Source: Polyangiales bacterium (GTDB lineage Bacteria > Myxococcota_A > Polyangia > Polyangiales > Polyangiaceae). From it: a DNA stretch of 64,000 nucleotides. The DNA lies in NCBI GenBank assembly GCA_038230375.1, contig JBBRNJ010000047.1, positions 1-64,000 of the forward strand. The letters are read 5' to 3'. The notes under the pieces were generated by a model. The model worked only from the letters and a program-made list of their open reading frames with translations, had not been told where the DNA came from and did not search any database. The position numbers were made by a program, and so were the translations under genes. Each line of letters opens with the position of its first letter. The stretch's first letter is position 1. This document shows, piece after piece, positions 1 through 8,349 of this stretch.

Positions 1-319
1 ACTCGAGCGGCAGGAACGGCTCCTTGACCTCGGCGTGTCTGCGGACTCCGTCATTGGCGCGCGGCACCTTCGTTCCAGGTTGCTCAGCCGGCTCCGCCTC
101 GGTCACGTCACGCTCGACGATGACGTGCTCGAAACGGTGGCCGTTCACAAGGCAACCCTCACGCACCTCGACCTGGACTCCACCATACCATTCGCGCCCA
201 GCGACCTGCCGCCGATGCCAGCGCTTCAACAGCTCACCGTGCCCGCCTTCGAGGTGCACCGCTCCGCGTGGCTCGCATTCGCGATCAGCTTCAACGGACA
301 CGTCGCCTTCAACCGGTGA
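1..319 (+). CDS. C-terminal part (5'-truncated by window edge) of LRR-like hypothetical protein; paralog of 8350-9228
   Basis: Frame from nt 2 reads LERQERLLDLGVSADSVIGARHLRSRLLSRLRLGHVTLDDDVLETVAVHKATLTHLDLD...FNR*, nearly identical to the C-terminus of 8350-9228. Confidence 0.8.
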   Translation, partial: LERQERLLDLGVSADSVIGARHLRSRLLSRLRLGHVTLDDDVLETVAVHKATLTHLDLDSTIPFAPSDLPPMPALQQLTVPAFEVHRSAWLAFAISFNGHVAFNR

Positions 320-324
320 TCACA
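1..324 (+). repeat. Direct repeat copy 1 (copy 2 at 8910-9233), ~94% nt identity
   Basis: Manual alignment at offset 8909: about 19 substitutions in 324 nt, no indels; similarity ends just after TGATCACA. Confidence 0.95.
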
Positions 325-344
325 GAACTCATGACGGATCGGGA

Positions 345-878
345 ATGGAGGTCCCACGGGAGGTTCCGCGCGCTGAAGCTGTGAGTCGCCCGACCGTTGC
401 CGCGGGGGCATCCCAGCTGGCGAGAGTTTCGAACGACGGCTATGATCTGCTTGTGCTCCCTCGCCTCCGCGACAACGTTCAACGGTTGGTCGACGAGTAC
501 GTCGGAGCAGTCGGTTCCGCGGTGATCGTATCGCGCACTGGAGACGTCCTCTTCCGATCGGCGCACGATGATGCCGCGCGGGCACTCGCGCCCATTCTTC
601 GCTGCGTGTCGCGCGCGCAGATGGTGGGGCTCGACCCCGAGGTGGTGTCCGTGCCAGTCGATAGGCTGTCCTGCGGGTACGCAACCGCAGTCGGCGATGA
701 GTACGTGCTCCTTGTTGTGACCGATCTCGGAGTCGCACCAGCTGCGGCCATGGTGCGCGTCAAGAACGCCGCCCGTCTTCTGCGACGCGTGCTCCGTGCC
801 GAAGGCGCCCCCTCGGATGGCGGGCCGAGCGGAGCGCCAGCGACGATCGCCGCCGCCTCGAAGCCGCGTCCGGTGTAG
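345..878 (+). CDS. Hypothetical protein, possibly roadblock/longin-like fold
   Basis: Protein-like part of ORF 24..878 (LRDNVQRLVDEYVGAVGSAVIVSRTGDVLF...YATAVGDEYVLLVVTD...VKNAARLLRRVL) has a helix-strand-strand...strand-strand-helix pattern; start uncertain (345 or 381). Confidence 0.55.
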   Translation: MEVPREVPRAEAVSRPTVAAGASQLARVSNDGYDLLVLPRLRDNVQRLVDEYVGAVGSAVIVSRTGDVLFRSAHDDAARALAPILRCVSRAQMVGLDPEVVSVPVDRLSCGYATAVGDEYVLLVVTDLGVAPAAAMVRVKNAARLLRRVLRAEGAPSDGGPSGAPATIAAASKPRPV

Positions 879-880
879 CC

Positions 881-1040
881 GTTCACCCTGTGATGCGCCT
901 CTCGAACGCGAACGAAATCGCGGTGAACAGCGCGTCTATCGCCCCCGCGCAACTGATTCGTACCACGATGCACCTCTCTTCGAGGGGCATCGGGGTACGG
1001 CAAACGAGGCCTCTCCGGCGACGGAGGGGCTTTCGTGTTT
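881..1040 (+). ncRNA. Candidate structured non-coding element copy 1 (hairpins + terminator-like stem); homolog at 3137-3283
   Basis: Stems GTTCACC/GGTGAAC (881-928), CGTACC-CGATGC-CCTC/GAGG-GCATCG-GGTACG (959-999), and ACGAGGCCTCTCCG-GCGA-CGGAGGGGCTTTCGT (1004-1036); motifs shared with copy 2. Confidence 0.45.
1004..1040. terminator. Probable intrinsic (possibly bidirectional) terminator
   Basis: ~14-bp GC-rich stem with GCGA loop followed by GTTT and preceded by CAAA; lies between convergent genes. Confidence 0.6.
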
Positions 1041-1173
1041 CTGGGACCGGCTCGCCGTAGCGGGAGCTATCCGGGTAGCGGGCCCGGCGTCCGAGCGCGC
1101 CGGAAGTACCGTCGCGTATCAGGAACGCGGGGCCCGTCGACCGTTAGGGATTCGGCAGGCGATTCCGGGAGAC

Positions 1174-2048
1174 CTACGCGGCGCTCGCGGGGAAGCCAGC
1201 GGCTAGCTCGGCCTCGATGATGGGATAGCCGTGGATCTCCACGAAGGTTCCGCACGCCCGACGAACGACGGTGCCGGATGCGTTCGTCCGGGTGCACTTT
1301 GGGCGGCTCCGCGGGTCGAGATGAACTTGAACGATTGCTGTCTCCGTTCTCGCGGATCCGCTGATGGCCGTGTCGACGTTCGCGGCGAAACGGCCGAACA
1401 TCATGACCTGGCGCGCACCATTCACGTAGCCGCGTCCACCTGCGATGACCGCGTTCTCCAGCGCGTGGAAATTCACCCCGGCGTTGAACTTTGACGCGTC
1501 GCGATTCTTGCTGGTCGGAAGGTGCTTTTCCGTGACGCCGCCGGTCAGTGACCGGAATCGCGACCACGAGTGCGCGTTGGCTCCGTTCAGAAAGAGCAAT
1601 GACTTCTCGGTGCGCCAACACAAAAGAGCGTCGCCGTCCTTGGCGCTCCAGAGAGCGCTCCGTGACGTGCGCTTGTAGAGCTCCGCGTAGCGGAGGCGCA
1701 TGATGGCCTCCGATTCGAGCGCGATCTGGAGCTCTTTCGCGTCGTCGACAAACGCGACGAGGTCCGCCGGGTCGCAGGGAACCGTGTTGAGCCACGCCTT
1801 CAGCTCCTGGAAATCCTGTGCGGCCCGCGTCAGCTTTCGCAGCAGCCGATCAGCAACTTCCTCCGCAAGAGGACTCCGGGCTTGCTCGATGCTCTTCAGG
1901 CGGCCGTACAGTCGGGCTGCTCCATCACCCATGTGGCGATGCTACTCGGAGCGGGTGACCTTGACGTTGATTCCTTCGAGAACCAAGTCGCCTCTAGATC
2001 GTGCATGGAGATGCCGTACTCTCCGTTCGTCGCGTTGCGGTTCGCCAT
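1174..2048 (-). pseudogene. Putative toxin-like protein (possible BECR/EndoU-like RNase C-terminus) with apparent 1-nt frameshift near 1897-1900
   Basis: MANRNATNGEYG...WVMEQPDCTAA (from 2048) joins LKSIEQARSPLAEEVADRLL (ORF 1174..1932) if one C is added to GCCGCCTGAAG; C-terminus has KH..SKF..EIHGYP. Confidence 0.5.
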
Positions 2049-2237
2049 GCCCGGCACTTTCCCGACGGGCGTCCTCGTCGTCGCGGCCTCGACTCGGTAG
2101 ACCTCCGCATAACGCTGGGCGATCGCACGAACGAGCGAGCTCACCATCCGTGGCCGGCCTGGATCGACTTCCTCGCCCACGCCTTCCGTCTTGCTGCCGC
2201 GTGGTTGGGCGTGCGCCGGGCCGCATCCGCCAGCATG

Positions 2238-2252
2238 TGGTAGGCTAATGCC
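2238..2252 (+). promoter_or_regulatory. Extended -10 element (TGgTAGGCT), leaderless-type promoter of MNT gene
   Basis: TG at 2238-2239, TAGGCT at 2241-2246, ATG 6 nt later, no Shine-Dalgarno. Confidence 0.5.
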
Positions 2253-2660
2253 ATGTTCACTGCGTCCACGCTCCCAGAGGCGGCTGGGCCGACGAGCTCG
2301 GGCGGTTCGCGCTTCGGGTCAACCACGGACGCCCGCGGCCACGTGATCGATCTCGAACCCGTTCGCGGTCTCCTCGAGCGAATCATCGCAACGTGGTCGC
2401 CCGAGCAGATTTGGTTGTTCGGAAGCCGTGCACGCGGAGAAGCGCGTACCGGCAGCGATTGGGACCTGTTCGTTGTCGTTCCAGATCAGATCCCCGACGC
2501 TGCAATCGGGCCCGTACCAAGCTGGCGACTGGGTAAGGAGTCGGGCACTCGTGCTGACGTGCTCCCGTGTCACGCGAGCGAGTTCTCGGATGATCGCGAG
2601 ACCCTCAACACGCTTGCGCACTCAGTCGTCCGAGAAGGCGTCTTGCTCTATGAGCGCTGA
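2253..2660 (+). CDS. Minimal nucleotidyltransferase (MNT) antitoxin
   Basis: IWLFGSRARGEARTGSDWDLFVVV = GSX10DXD motif; C-terminal EGVLLYER; overlaps HEPN gene. Confidence 0.9.
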   Translation: MFTASTLPEAAGPTSSGGSRFGSTTDARGHVIDLEPVRGLLERIIATWSPEQIWLFGSRARGEARTGSDWDLFVVVPDQIPDAAIGPVPSWRLGKESGTRADVLPCHASEFSDDRETLNTLAHSVVREGVLLYER

Positions 2661-3096
2661 CGTCTTCATCGCGAATAACTTACGGCTTGCTCAGGAGGAT
2701 CTTGACGGTGCCGACACCCTCGCGAAGAACCCAGGCGGGCCGAACAGGAACGCGCCGTACCTCTATGAACAGGCCGCCGAGAAGATCATCCGAGCGGTCG
2801 CGACCTCCGAGGGAGTGCAGGCCCTCCGCGACCACAGGCTGAACGAGCTGGTCGACCAGATTCCCGACCTGAACCCGATCAAGCCGCGGCTCCGGGCCAT
2901 CGAGAGCCTAGCGGCATTTGCTACGGCCTATCGCTACCTCGGAGGCACCGGGAAGATCAAACCGACGCCGTCACCTACCGAACTGGCGACCTATGCGGCC
3001 GACGTGGCAGCGGCCCTGAATGAAGCTGCGCTGCGCTTCGGGGTCGACCTGGCGAAGCCAAACGCTCCCGCAGCGAAGCCGGGTCCGATTCGCTAG
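2650..3096 (+). CDS. HEPN domain protein (toxin partner of MNT)
   Basis: AQEDL..A, QAAEKIIRA, DHRLNEL, ATAYRY motifs typical of the HEPN family; ATG overlaps MNT 3' end. Confidence 0.85.
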   Translation: MSADVFIANNLRLAQEDLDGADTLAKNPGGPNRNAPYLYEQAAEKIIRAVATSEGVQALRDHRLNELVDQIPDLNPIKPRLRAIESLAAFATAYRYLGGTGKIKPTPSPTELATYAADVAAALNEAALRFGVDLAKPNAPAAKPGPIR

Positions 3097-3136
3097 CCTG
3101 CGCAGCCGCGGCGGGGACGCCGGGATCACGCAACGA

Positions 3137-3283
3137 CGCGTCGCTCGAACGCGAACGGTCGGCCCCGCGCAACTAAGCCTGGAACACGATGTGGCTTCCC
3201 TACACTGGGACCGCATCGTGGACCGACAAACGAAGAAGGCCTGGCTCGGCCTAGCTCTGGAAGGAGCTAGGCCTTTCTCGTTG
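3137..3283 (+). ncRNA. Candidate structured non-coding element copy 2
   Basis: CTCGAACGCGAACG, CCCCGCGCAACT, stem CACGATGTGG/CCGCATCGTG with inner TCCC/GGGA, CAAACGA, terminator stem GGCCTAGCTC/GAGCTAGGCC-TTTC. Confidence 0.45.
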
Positions 3284-3727
3284 GTCGCCGACCGGGGAGT
3301 TACGTCCGCATCACGTGGCGCACCGACCCCCCCTTGATGACTCCGACGAGGAACTCCGTGGTGACGCCACCCGTATCGATGAGCACGCATCGATGAGCGC
3401 GTGAACCAGCGTGACTGCGGCGTCGGAGGCATCCCGCGAGCCGGGCACGCGCTCGTTGCGGGCTTTCTCGATCGTCGCTGGGTCTATCTGCCTGAGTTTG
3501 CGCGAATCACCATCTTGACGAGCAGCACCAACCAGGTCAGATCAGAGTCAACAAAGTAGAAGTGTCCGTCCCAAGTTGGGTGTCAGCTCACGACCACCTC
3601 GAGGGGCCTGAACGTTACGGCGTGGCGGTCGCTGTCGTCTCCCTCCTGCCATGGGACAACACTCTACGCGCCCGACCTACGCTCTGGCTGATTCTGGCCC
3701 ATGGCAAAGACGCCGATCGTCGAAAGA

Positions 3728-6436
3728 TCAGCGCCGCGATACCGAAGCGCTCGAGCGAAGCAGCTCGTCGGCGAGCTCCTTGCGACCTCGCTCCTGGGTC
3801 TTTGCCGCTGGCTGCTCGTCGCTGAGCAATGGGAGGACCAGGTCACGCAGTCGAGAAGGCAAAACGACCTCCAGATATTCGTACGCGGTGCCGTGGAGTA
3901 CCGGATCCTCCCCTCGCATCGCCCGGTAAGCGATCGAAAGCGGCTCGCGTTCGAGCACCAAACCCAGCACCGAGAACGTATGCGCCAGGCCTCGATGAAG
4001 GTCATCCTCCGTCGCTTCGGGCAGCAGCGCCTCGGTCGTGGTCGTGAGGCGCCAGCTGGCGCGTCCATGGGTCAGCTCGTGAACCCCGACGTCGAAAATC
4101 TCTTCACGAGACAGCTCGATGTGCGGCGCGTTGCGAATTCGTGCGAGCGCGAGCGCAGCCTGTACGCGGATCTCGAAAACTGGATCCTTCAGGGCCATCA
4201 GCAGGCCGGTCGCGGCACCTTGCGTCCGGCACTCCTTCAGAATGCGAGGAATTCTTCGCCGCGCGCGGGAATCGACGTTCGGGTCGCGTAGCGCATCAAC
4301 GAGCTGTTCGGTGACGGTGGGGGCGACCTTGCGGAGCGCGCGGAGCACGTCTCGCACCACCGCGTCGTTCGCGAGGAGTGGGATCGCGATCGACGCGAGG
4401 GCGGGCGTCAAAGGCGCGCTCAAGGAGGCCTTGATGCGATCGACATCCCCGGAGCGCAGCGCGCCCGCGCTCATCGCAGCAGGATCGTTTGCAAGGTCCT
4501 TCTCTTTTTGGAATAGCTCGATCTGCTCGAGTAGCTTCGCGCGGTCCAGATGCGCGGCTGTCTCGGCGAACGTGTTCTTGGTCGTGAGATCGCGAATGTC
4601 GTCGTATTCGAGCGCGATCGCACCAGACTTCAAGCTCGACGCCAGGGCCGATACGTATCCGCCGTGGAGCCGCGACGCGACGATCCACGCCAGACCTGCC
4701 ATCGCCAGCGCACCGACGAGCACCGCGCGCGTCGCCAGCTCCGCGTCGAGGTGGACGACGGCCAGGAGCGCGACGCTTCCGACGGCTGTGCCGATCCGAT
4801 CCGCACCCACGTCGATGATCGTCTTGGTCGCGCGCTTCTTGGCAGTCGCGAGCGGCGTGTAAAATAGCTCGTAGGCGGACCGATAGACCGAATTGCGCGC
4901 CACGCCTTCTGCGCCTCGCAAGAGCATGACCGGCCACAGATGCGGTGAAGCGAGCGCGAAGACGGCGAACACCCCCACGGTCAACGGCTGCGACTTGATC
5001 GTGCCAGCGAGGCCTCGCCACTCGAGCAGCGGACGTGAGAGGCCCGTCTGCGCCGCGAACGAAAGAACGCCGACGACCATGTTGAACAGAGCAAAGAAGG
5101 CGAGAAGCTCGGGACCCTTGCCGTACGTCCTCGACGCGTGCGCGCTGAGCAGCCAATCGAGAAGTGCCTCGATCACGGCGGCAGCGAGAACCAGAAGCGC
5201 GAGATCGCGCAGGTAGGACGTCTCGCGCACCACCTTCCACCCGCCCTTCGCGAGCGACTCCGCGGGAGCAGGCGCACGGGTTTGGCGCGCGTCATCGTAT
5301 CTCTCGGCGTCGTCCGCATTGCGAGCGGATCGCCGCGGCGCGCTCGCTCGCCAGGGAAGAGGGGTATCGTTCGCGAGCCGCGTCAAGATGAGCGCTCCGC
5401 AGGAGATGGCCGCGCCGGCGACGACAATCGCGAGCCGCACGTACCCGGCGCCAACCAGTCGACCCGCGAGCGGGGAGCAGACGACGAGGCCTAGAGCGAC
5501 CGGGAGCGTCATGAGCCCGGCGGCCGACGCATGAAGTCCGCGCGCCTCTTGCAGGTAGAGCGTGTTGAGGAACAGGAAGCCGCTGAACGCGGCGAAGGAC
5601 AGCACGGCGATCACCGTCGCCAACGTGAAAGGCAGGCTCCGAAAGAAGCGCAGATCCAGCAGCGGCTCGGCCCGGCGTGACTCCCAGATGACCAGCGCGA
5701 CGACACATGCCAGGGCAGCACCGAAGCCCGCAGCGGTGGGCAACGACAACCAACCCGAGCGGCGCCAGTCGATGACCGCCGAGGTGAGTGCGAGCAGCCC
5801 AACGATGATCAGAACCTGCGCGACGAGGTCGAAGCGCCGCGGCCGGTCGGCGCGGGACTCGGGAACGAAGCGCGCCGTGAGCGCGATGGCGAGCACGCCG
5901 ACGGGAACGTTGACCCAGAAGATCGATCGCCAGCCGATGCTGTCGACGAGAGCGCCGCCGAGTAGCGGCCCGGCCGCCATCGATACGCCGAAGACCGCTC
6001 CCCAGACGCCGATGGCCCGGGCACGCTCCCTGGGGTCGGCGAAAGTGTTCACGATGATCGACATCGCGATCGGGTTGAGCATCGAGCCACCCAGGGCCTG
6101 CAGCATGCGGAAGCCCACGAGTGCGTTCGTGGTCGGGGCGAGGCTGCAGAGAAGCGACCCGAGGCTGAAGACGGCAAGGCCGATTTGAAACACCCGCCGC
6201 CGCCCGAAGCGGTCGGCCATTGATCCCGACACCATCAGAAAGCTCGCGACCACCACGGTGTAGCCGTCGACCGACCACTGCAGCCCCGCAACGCTCGCGT
6301 GCAGATCGCGCCGGATCGAGGGCAGCGCGACATTGACGATGGTGAGGTCCATCGTGACGAGAAAGAGCGAAAGGCAGCAGGTCGCCAGAACCACGAGACG
6401 CTGGCGCGGGCCGAGATCCGCCCCGAGCTCGCTCAT
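3728..6436 (-). CDS. Chimeric ORF: truncated DHA2/EmrB-QacA MFS transporter fused in frame to the C-terminal half of an NTT/TLC-like transporter + HEAT-repeat protein
   Basis: N-part: MDLTIVNVALP, GSMADRFGRRR, WRSIFWVNVPVG; junction ~5280-5355; C-part: YRSAYELFYTP, KTIIDVGADRIG, GYVSAL, HEAT-like LLMALKDPVFEIRVQAALALARI; ATG overlaps upstream TGA. Confidence 0.7.
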   Translation of the reverse strand: MSELGADLGPRQRLVVLATCCLSLFLVTMDLTIVNVALPSIRRDLHASVAGLQWSVDGYTVVVASFLMVSGSMADRFGRRRVFQIGLAVFSLGSLLCSLAPTTNALVGFRMLQALGGSMLNPIAMSIIVNTFADPRERARAIGVWGAVFGVSMAAGPLLGGALVDSIGWRSIFWVNVPVGVLAIALTARFVPESRADRPRRFDLVAQVLIIVGLLALTSAVIDWRRSGWLSLPTAAGFGAALACVVALVIWESRRAEPLLDLRFFRSLPFTLATVIAVLSFAAFSGFLFLNTLYLQEARGLHASAAGLMTLPVALGLVVCSPLAGRLVGAGYVRLAIVVAGAAISCGALILTRLANDTPLPWRASAPRRSARNADDAERYDDARQTRAPAPAESLAKGGWKVVRETSYLRDLALLVLAAAVIEALLDWLLSAHASRTYGKGPELLAFFALFNMVVGVLSFAAQTGLSRPLLEWRGLAGTIKSQPLTVGVFAVFALASPHLWPVMLLRGAEGVARNSVYRSAYELFYTPLATAKKRATKTIIDVGADRIGTAVGSVALLAVVHLDAELATRAVLVGALAMAGLAWIVASRLHGGYVSALASSLKSGAIALEYDDIRDLTTKNTFAETAAHLDRAKLLEQIELFQKEKDLANDPAAMSAGALRSGDVDRIKASLSAPLTPALASIAIPLLANDAVVRDVLRALRKVAPTVTEQLVDALRDPNVDSRARRRIPRILKECRTQGAATGLLMALKDPVFEIRVQAALALARIRNAPHIELSREEIFDVGVHELTHGRASWRLTTTTEALLPEATEDDLHRGLAHTFSVLGLVLEREPLSIAYRAMRGEDPVLHGTAYEYLEVVLPSRLRDLVLPLLSDEQPAAKTQERGRKELADELLRSSASVSRR

Positions 6437-6975
6437 GAGACCCTCGGGCTTGGCGTCATGCCCGTCGCGATTCCTGGCGCTGGGTACCGCGTCACGTCCT
6501 CCTTCTTGAAGTCTCGCGACGTGAAACGAAACAGGGTGAGAGGTCCCCCCGTGCACCGCGTGTCGTGGATGTCCCCTGGCAGGAAGACGCGGATGTCCCC
6601 AGGCCGCAGCGCGAACGACTCTCGCTTCACGAGCTGAGCGTTGCCGCGCAGATCATGCACGCGGCGGTAGGTGGCCATTTCCATTTCGCCTCGCTGGACC
6701 GCGTAGATCACCCACCCGCGACCGTGATCGTGCGGCGGCCGGTAAGAACCGCTCTGCTCGGTGTGGGCGAGCAGGAGGAAGTCGTGCGCGTCGTCCCGGT
6801 ACAGCTCTCGGGTTTCGGGGGCATCGGTGTGCAGCGCTGCTAGCCAAGCCTCGTTCGCCGGCGCCGCCAGGAGCTGCGCCATATGGTGGCGAGAGCTAGC
6901 AACGAGCTCGGACGTGAGTGGTCCCCACGTCGAGCTGAGGGCTTCGGTGAACTCCTGCAGTGAATCCTTGGCCAT
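6433..6975 (-). CDS. Cupin / cysteine-dioxygenase-like protein
   Basis: RPPHDHGRGWVIYAV..GEMEM and PGDIHDTRC cupin His motifs; SD GGAGG upstream. Confidence 0.75.
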   Translation of the reverse strand: MAKDSLQEFTEALSSTWGPLTSELVASSRHHMAQLLAAPANEAWLAALHTDAPETRELYRDDAHDFLLLAHTEQSGSYRPPHDHGRGWVIYAVQRGEMEMATYRRVHDLRGNAQLVKRESFALRPGDIRVFLPGDIHDTRCTGGPLTLFRFTSRDFKKEDVTRYPAPGIATGMTPSPRVS

Positions 6976-7097
6976 GATTGTTCCTCCAGATGCCAGAAAC
7001 CTACGTCGTGACGTGGGATGGCGGAACGCGCAGCAGACGCACGCGAGCAGTGCGTCTGGCGCCATGTCACGGCGTGACCCTATGGTAGAATCCGGAC

Positions 7098-8006
7098 ATG
7101 TCGCGGCCGGACCTCAACCTGCTCGTCACCCTCGACGCGCTGCTCACGGAGGGCAGCGTTGCGCGCGCGGCGCGGCGGATGCGGCTCAGCCCGTCTGCGA
7201 TGAGCCGGGCGCTGGCCCGTTTGCGAGAGACGACGGGCGATCCACTCCTGGTCCGATCAGGACGTGGTTTGGTCCCCACGCCGCGGGCGCTCGAGCTCAG
7301 GGATCCAGTGAGCCACGTCCTCCGCGACGCCGAGGCGGTCCTGGTGCCTCGAGCGGCGCCCGATCTCAAACGGCTCGTGCGAACGTTCACGCTTCGGACG
7401 AGCGACGGATTCGTCGAGAACGTCGGGCCGGCCGTCCTGGCGCGCGTCCACGCGGAGGCTCCCGGCGTGCGTCTTCGGTTCGTGCAGAAGGCCGACAAGG
7501 ACGGCGCGCCTCTCCGGGACGGAGCCGTCGACCTCGAAACGGGCGTTCTGGAGAACACCACGTCACCCGACCTGCGTTCCCACGCGCTGTTTCGAGATCG
7601 CCTGGTCGGCGCCGTGCGAGCGCGGCATCCGCTGGCAAAGGGGAAGATCACTGCCGCTCGCTACGCGACTGGCCAACATGTCACGGTGTCGCGGCAGATG
7701 CTCGAGCGAGGGCCAATCGACGTCGCGCTCCAGGCGCTTGGGCTCGAGCGGGTGAGCGCCGTCGTGGTTGGCGGCTTCTCGAGCGCGCTGGCGCTCGCGC
7801 GGGCCTCGGACCTCATCGCAACGGTTCCGGAACGGCACACCGGGAGCCTACGGGCTGGGATGCATAGCTTCCCACTGCCGGTCTCGACGCCGAAATTCAC
7901 GGTGTCGATGCTCTGGCACCCACGGCTCGATTCCGATCCGGTCCATCGCTGGCTGCGGCGCTGCGTCCGCGACGCGCGCGCAAGTAGCTTGGGGACCACC
8001 GACTAG
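7098..8006 (+). CDS. LysR-family transcriptional regulator
   Basis: DLNLLVTLDALLTEGSVARAARRMRLSPSAMSRALARLR HTH; LWHPRLDSDPVHRWLR; divergent from the cupin-MFS operon. Confidence 0.95.
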   Translation: MSRPDLNLLVTLDALLTEGSVARAARRMRLSPSAMSRALARLRETTGDPLLVRSGRGLVPTPRALELRDPVSHVLRDAEAVLVPRAAPDLKRLVRTFTLRTSDGFVENVGPAVLARVHAEAPGVRLRFVQKADKDGAPLRDGAVDLETGVLENTTSPDLRSHALFRDRLVGAVRARHPLAKGKITAARYATGQHVTVSRQMLERGPIDVALQALGLERVSAVVVGGFSSALALARASDLIATVPERHTGSLRAGMHSFPLPVSTPKFTVSMLWHPRLDSDPVHRWLRRCVRDARASSLGTTD

Positions 8007-8141
8007 CACGACTGCGGCGAAGTCACCCTCGCGGCCGTCCGTGAACACGACACCCGATCTGGTGGCCCTCCCGAGGCAACACGCGGTGGAGAGACCCGCA
8101 GCGCTCGCCCCGACCACGACCGTATTCACGCGCTCTGACAT
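8004..8141 (-). pseudogene. Remnant of flavin-dependent monooxygenase (FMO/TrkA-like)
   Basis: MSERVNTVVVGASAAGLSTACCL (FAD-binding start) joined directly to GVVFTDGREGDFAAVVL (late-protein motif); the middle and end are missing. Confidence 0.7.
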
Positions 8142-8349
8142 GGCGCAATACTACCGAACACCGCACGAAGCGCCCCCCGGATCATCGGCGTGCGCTCCGA
8201 CGATAGGTCGCGTCTTTCGACCTGGTCGAGCACGCGCACGTCACGTGGCGCGCAAAACACGCTTCGCCGCGTGTCTCGGCTCGCGCCGTCGCCCGAGATC
8301 GTGCATCTTCTACGCCCGCGCTGCGGTGTCGAATGGGAGTGGAGGGGCC

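Noticed and set aside
940..970. Sigma54 promoter on the minus strand (TGGTACG..TTGC)
   Set aside because: GG-to-GC spacing is 12 nt rather than 10, and it is not preserved in copy 2
995..1100. c-di-GMP-I (GEMM) riboswitch, suggested by GGCAAAC and a GCGA-capped stem
   Set aside because: The ACGCAAA junction and second conserved stem are absent, and there is no downstream gene on the + strand
1942..1944. Third in-frame TAG read-through joining ORF 1942..2226 to 1174..1932
   Set aside because: The upstream frame is mostly Arg-rich shadow sequence; a 1-nt frameshift from the MANRN.. frame gives a more protein-like join, though this is not proven
881..3283. Integron attC sites or retron msr/msd
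   Set aside because: No RYYYAAC..GTTRRRY boxes at gene ends, and no integrase or reverse transcriptase in the window
3299..3720. Intact CDS between HEPN and the transporter
   Set aside because: Only short protein-like stretches on the minus strand (HPTWDGHFYFVDSDLTWL; CVLIDTGGVTTEFLVGVIKGG) broken by stops; likely remnants, family not identifiable
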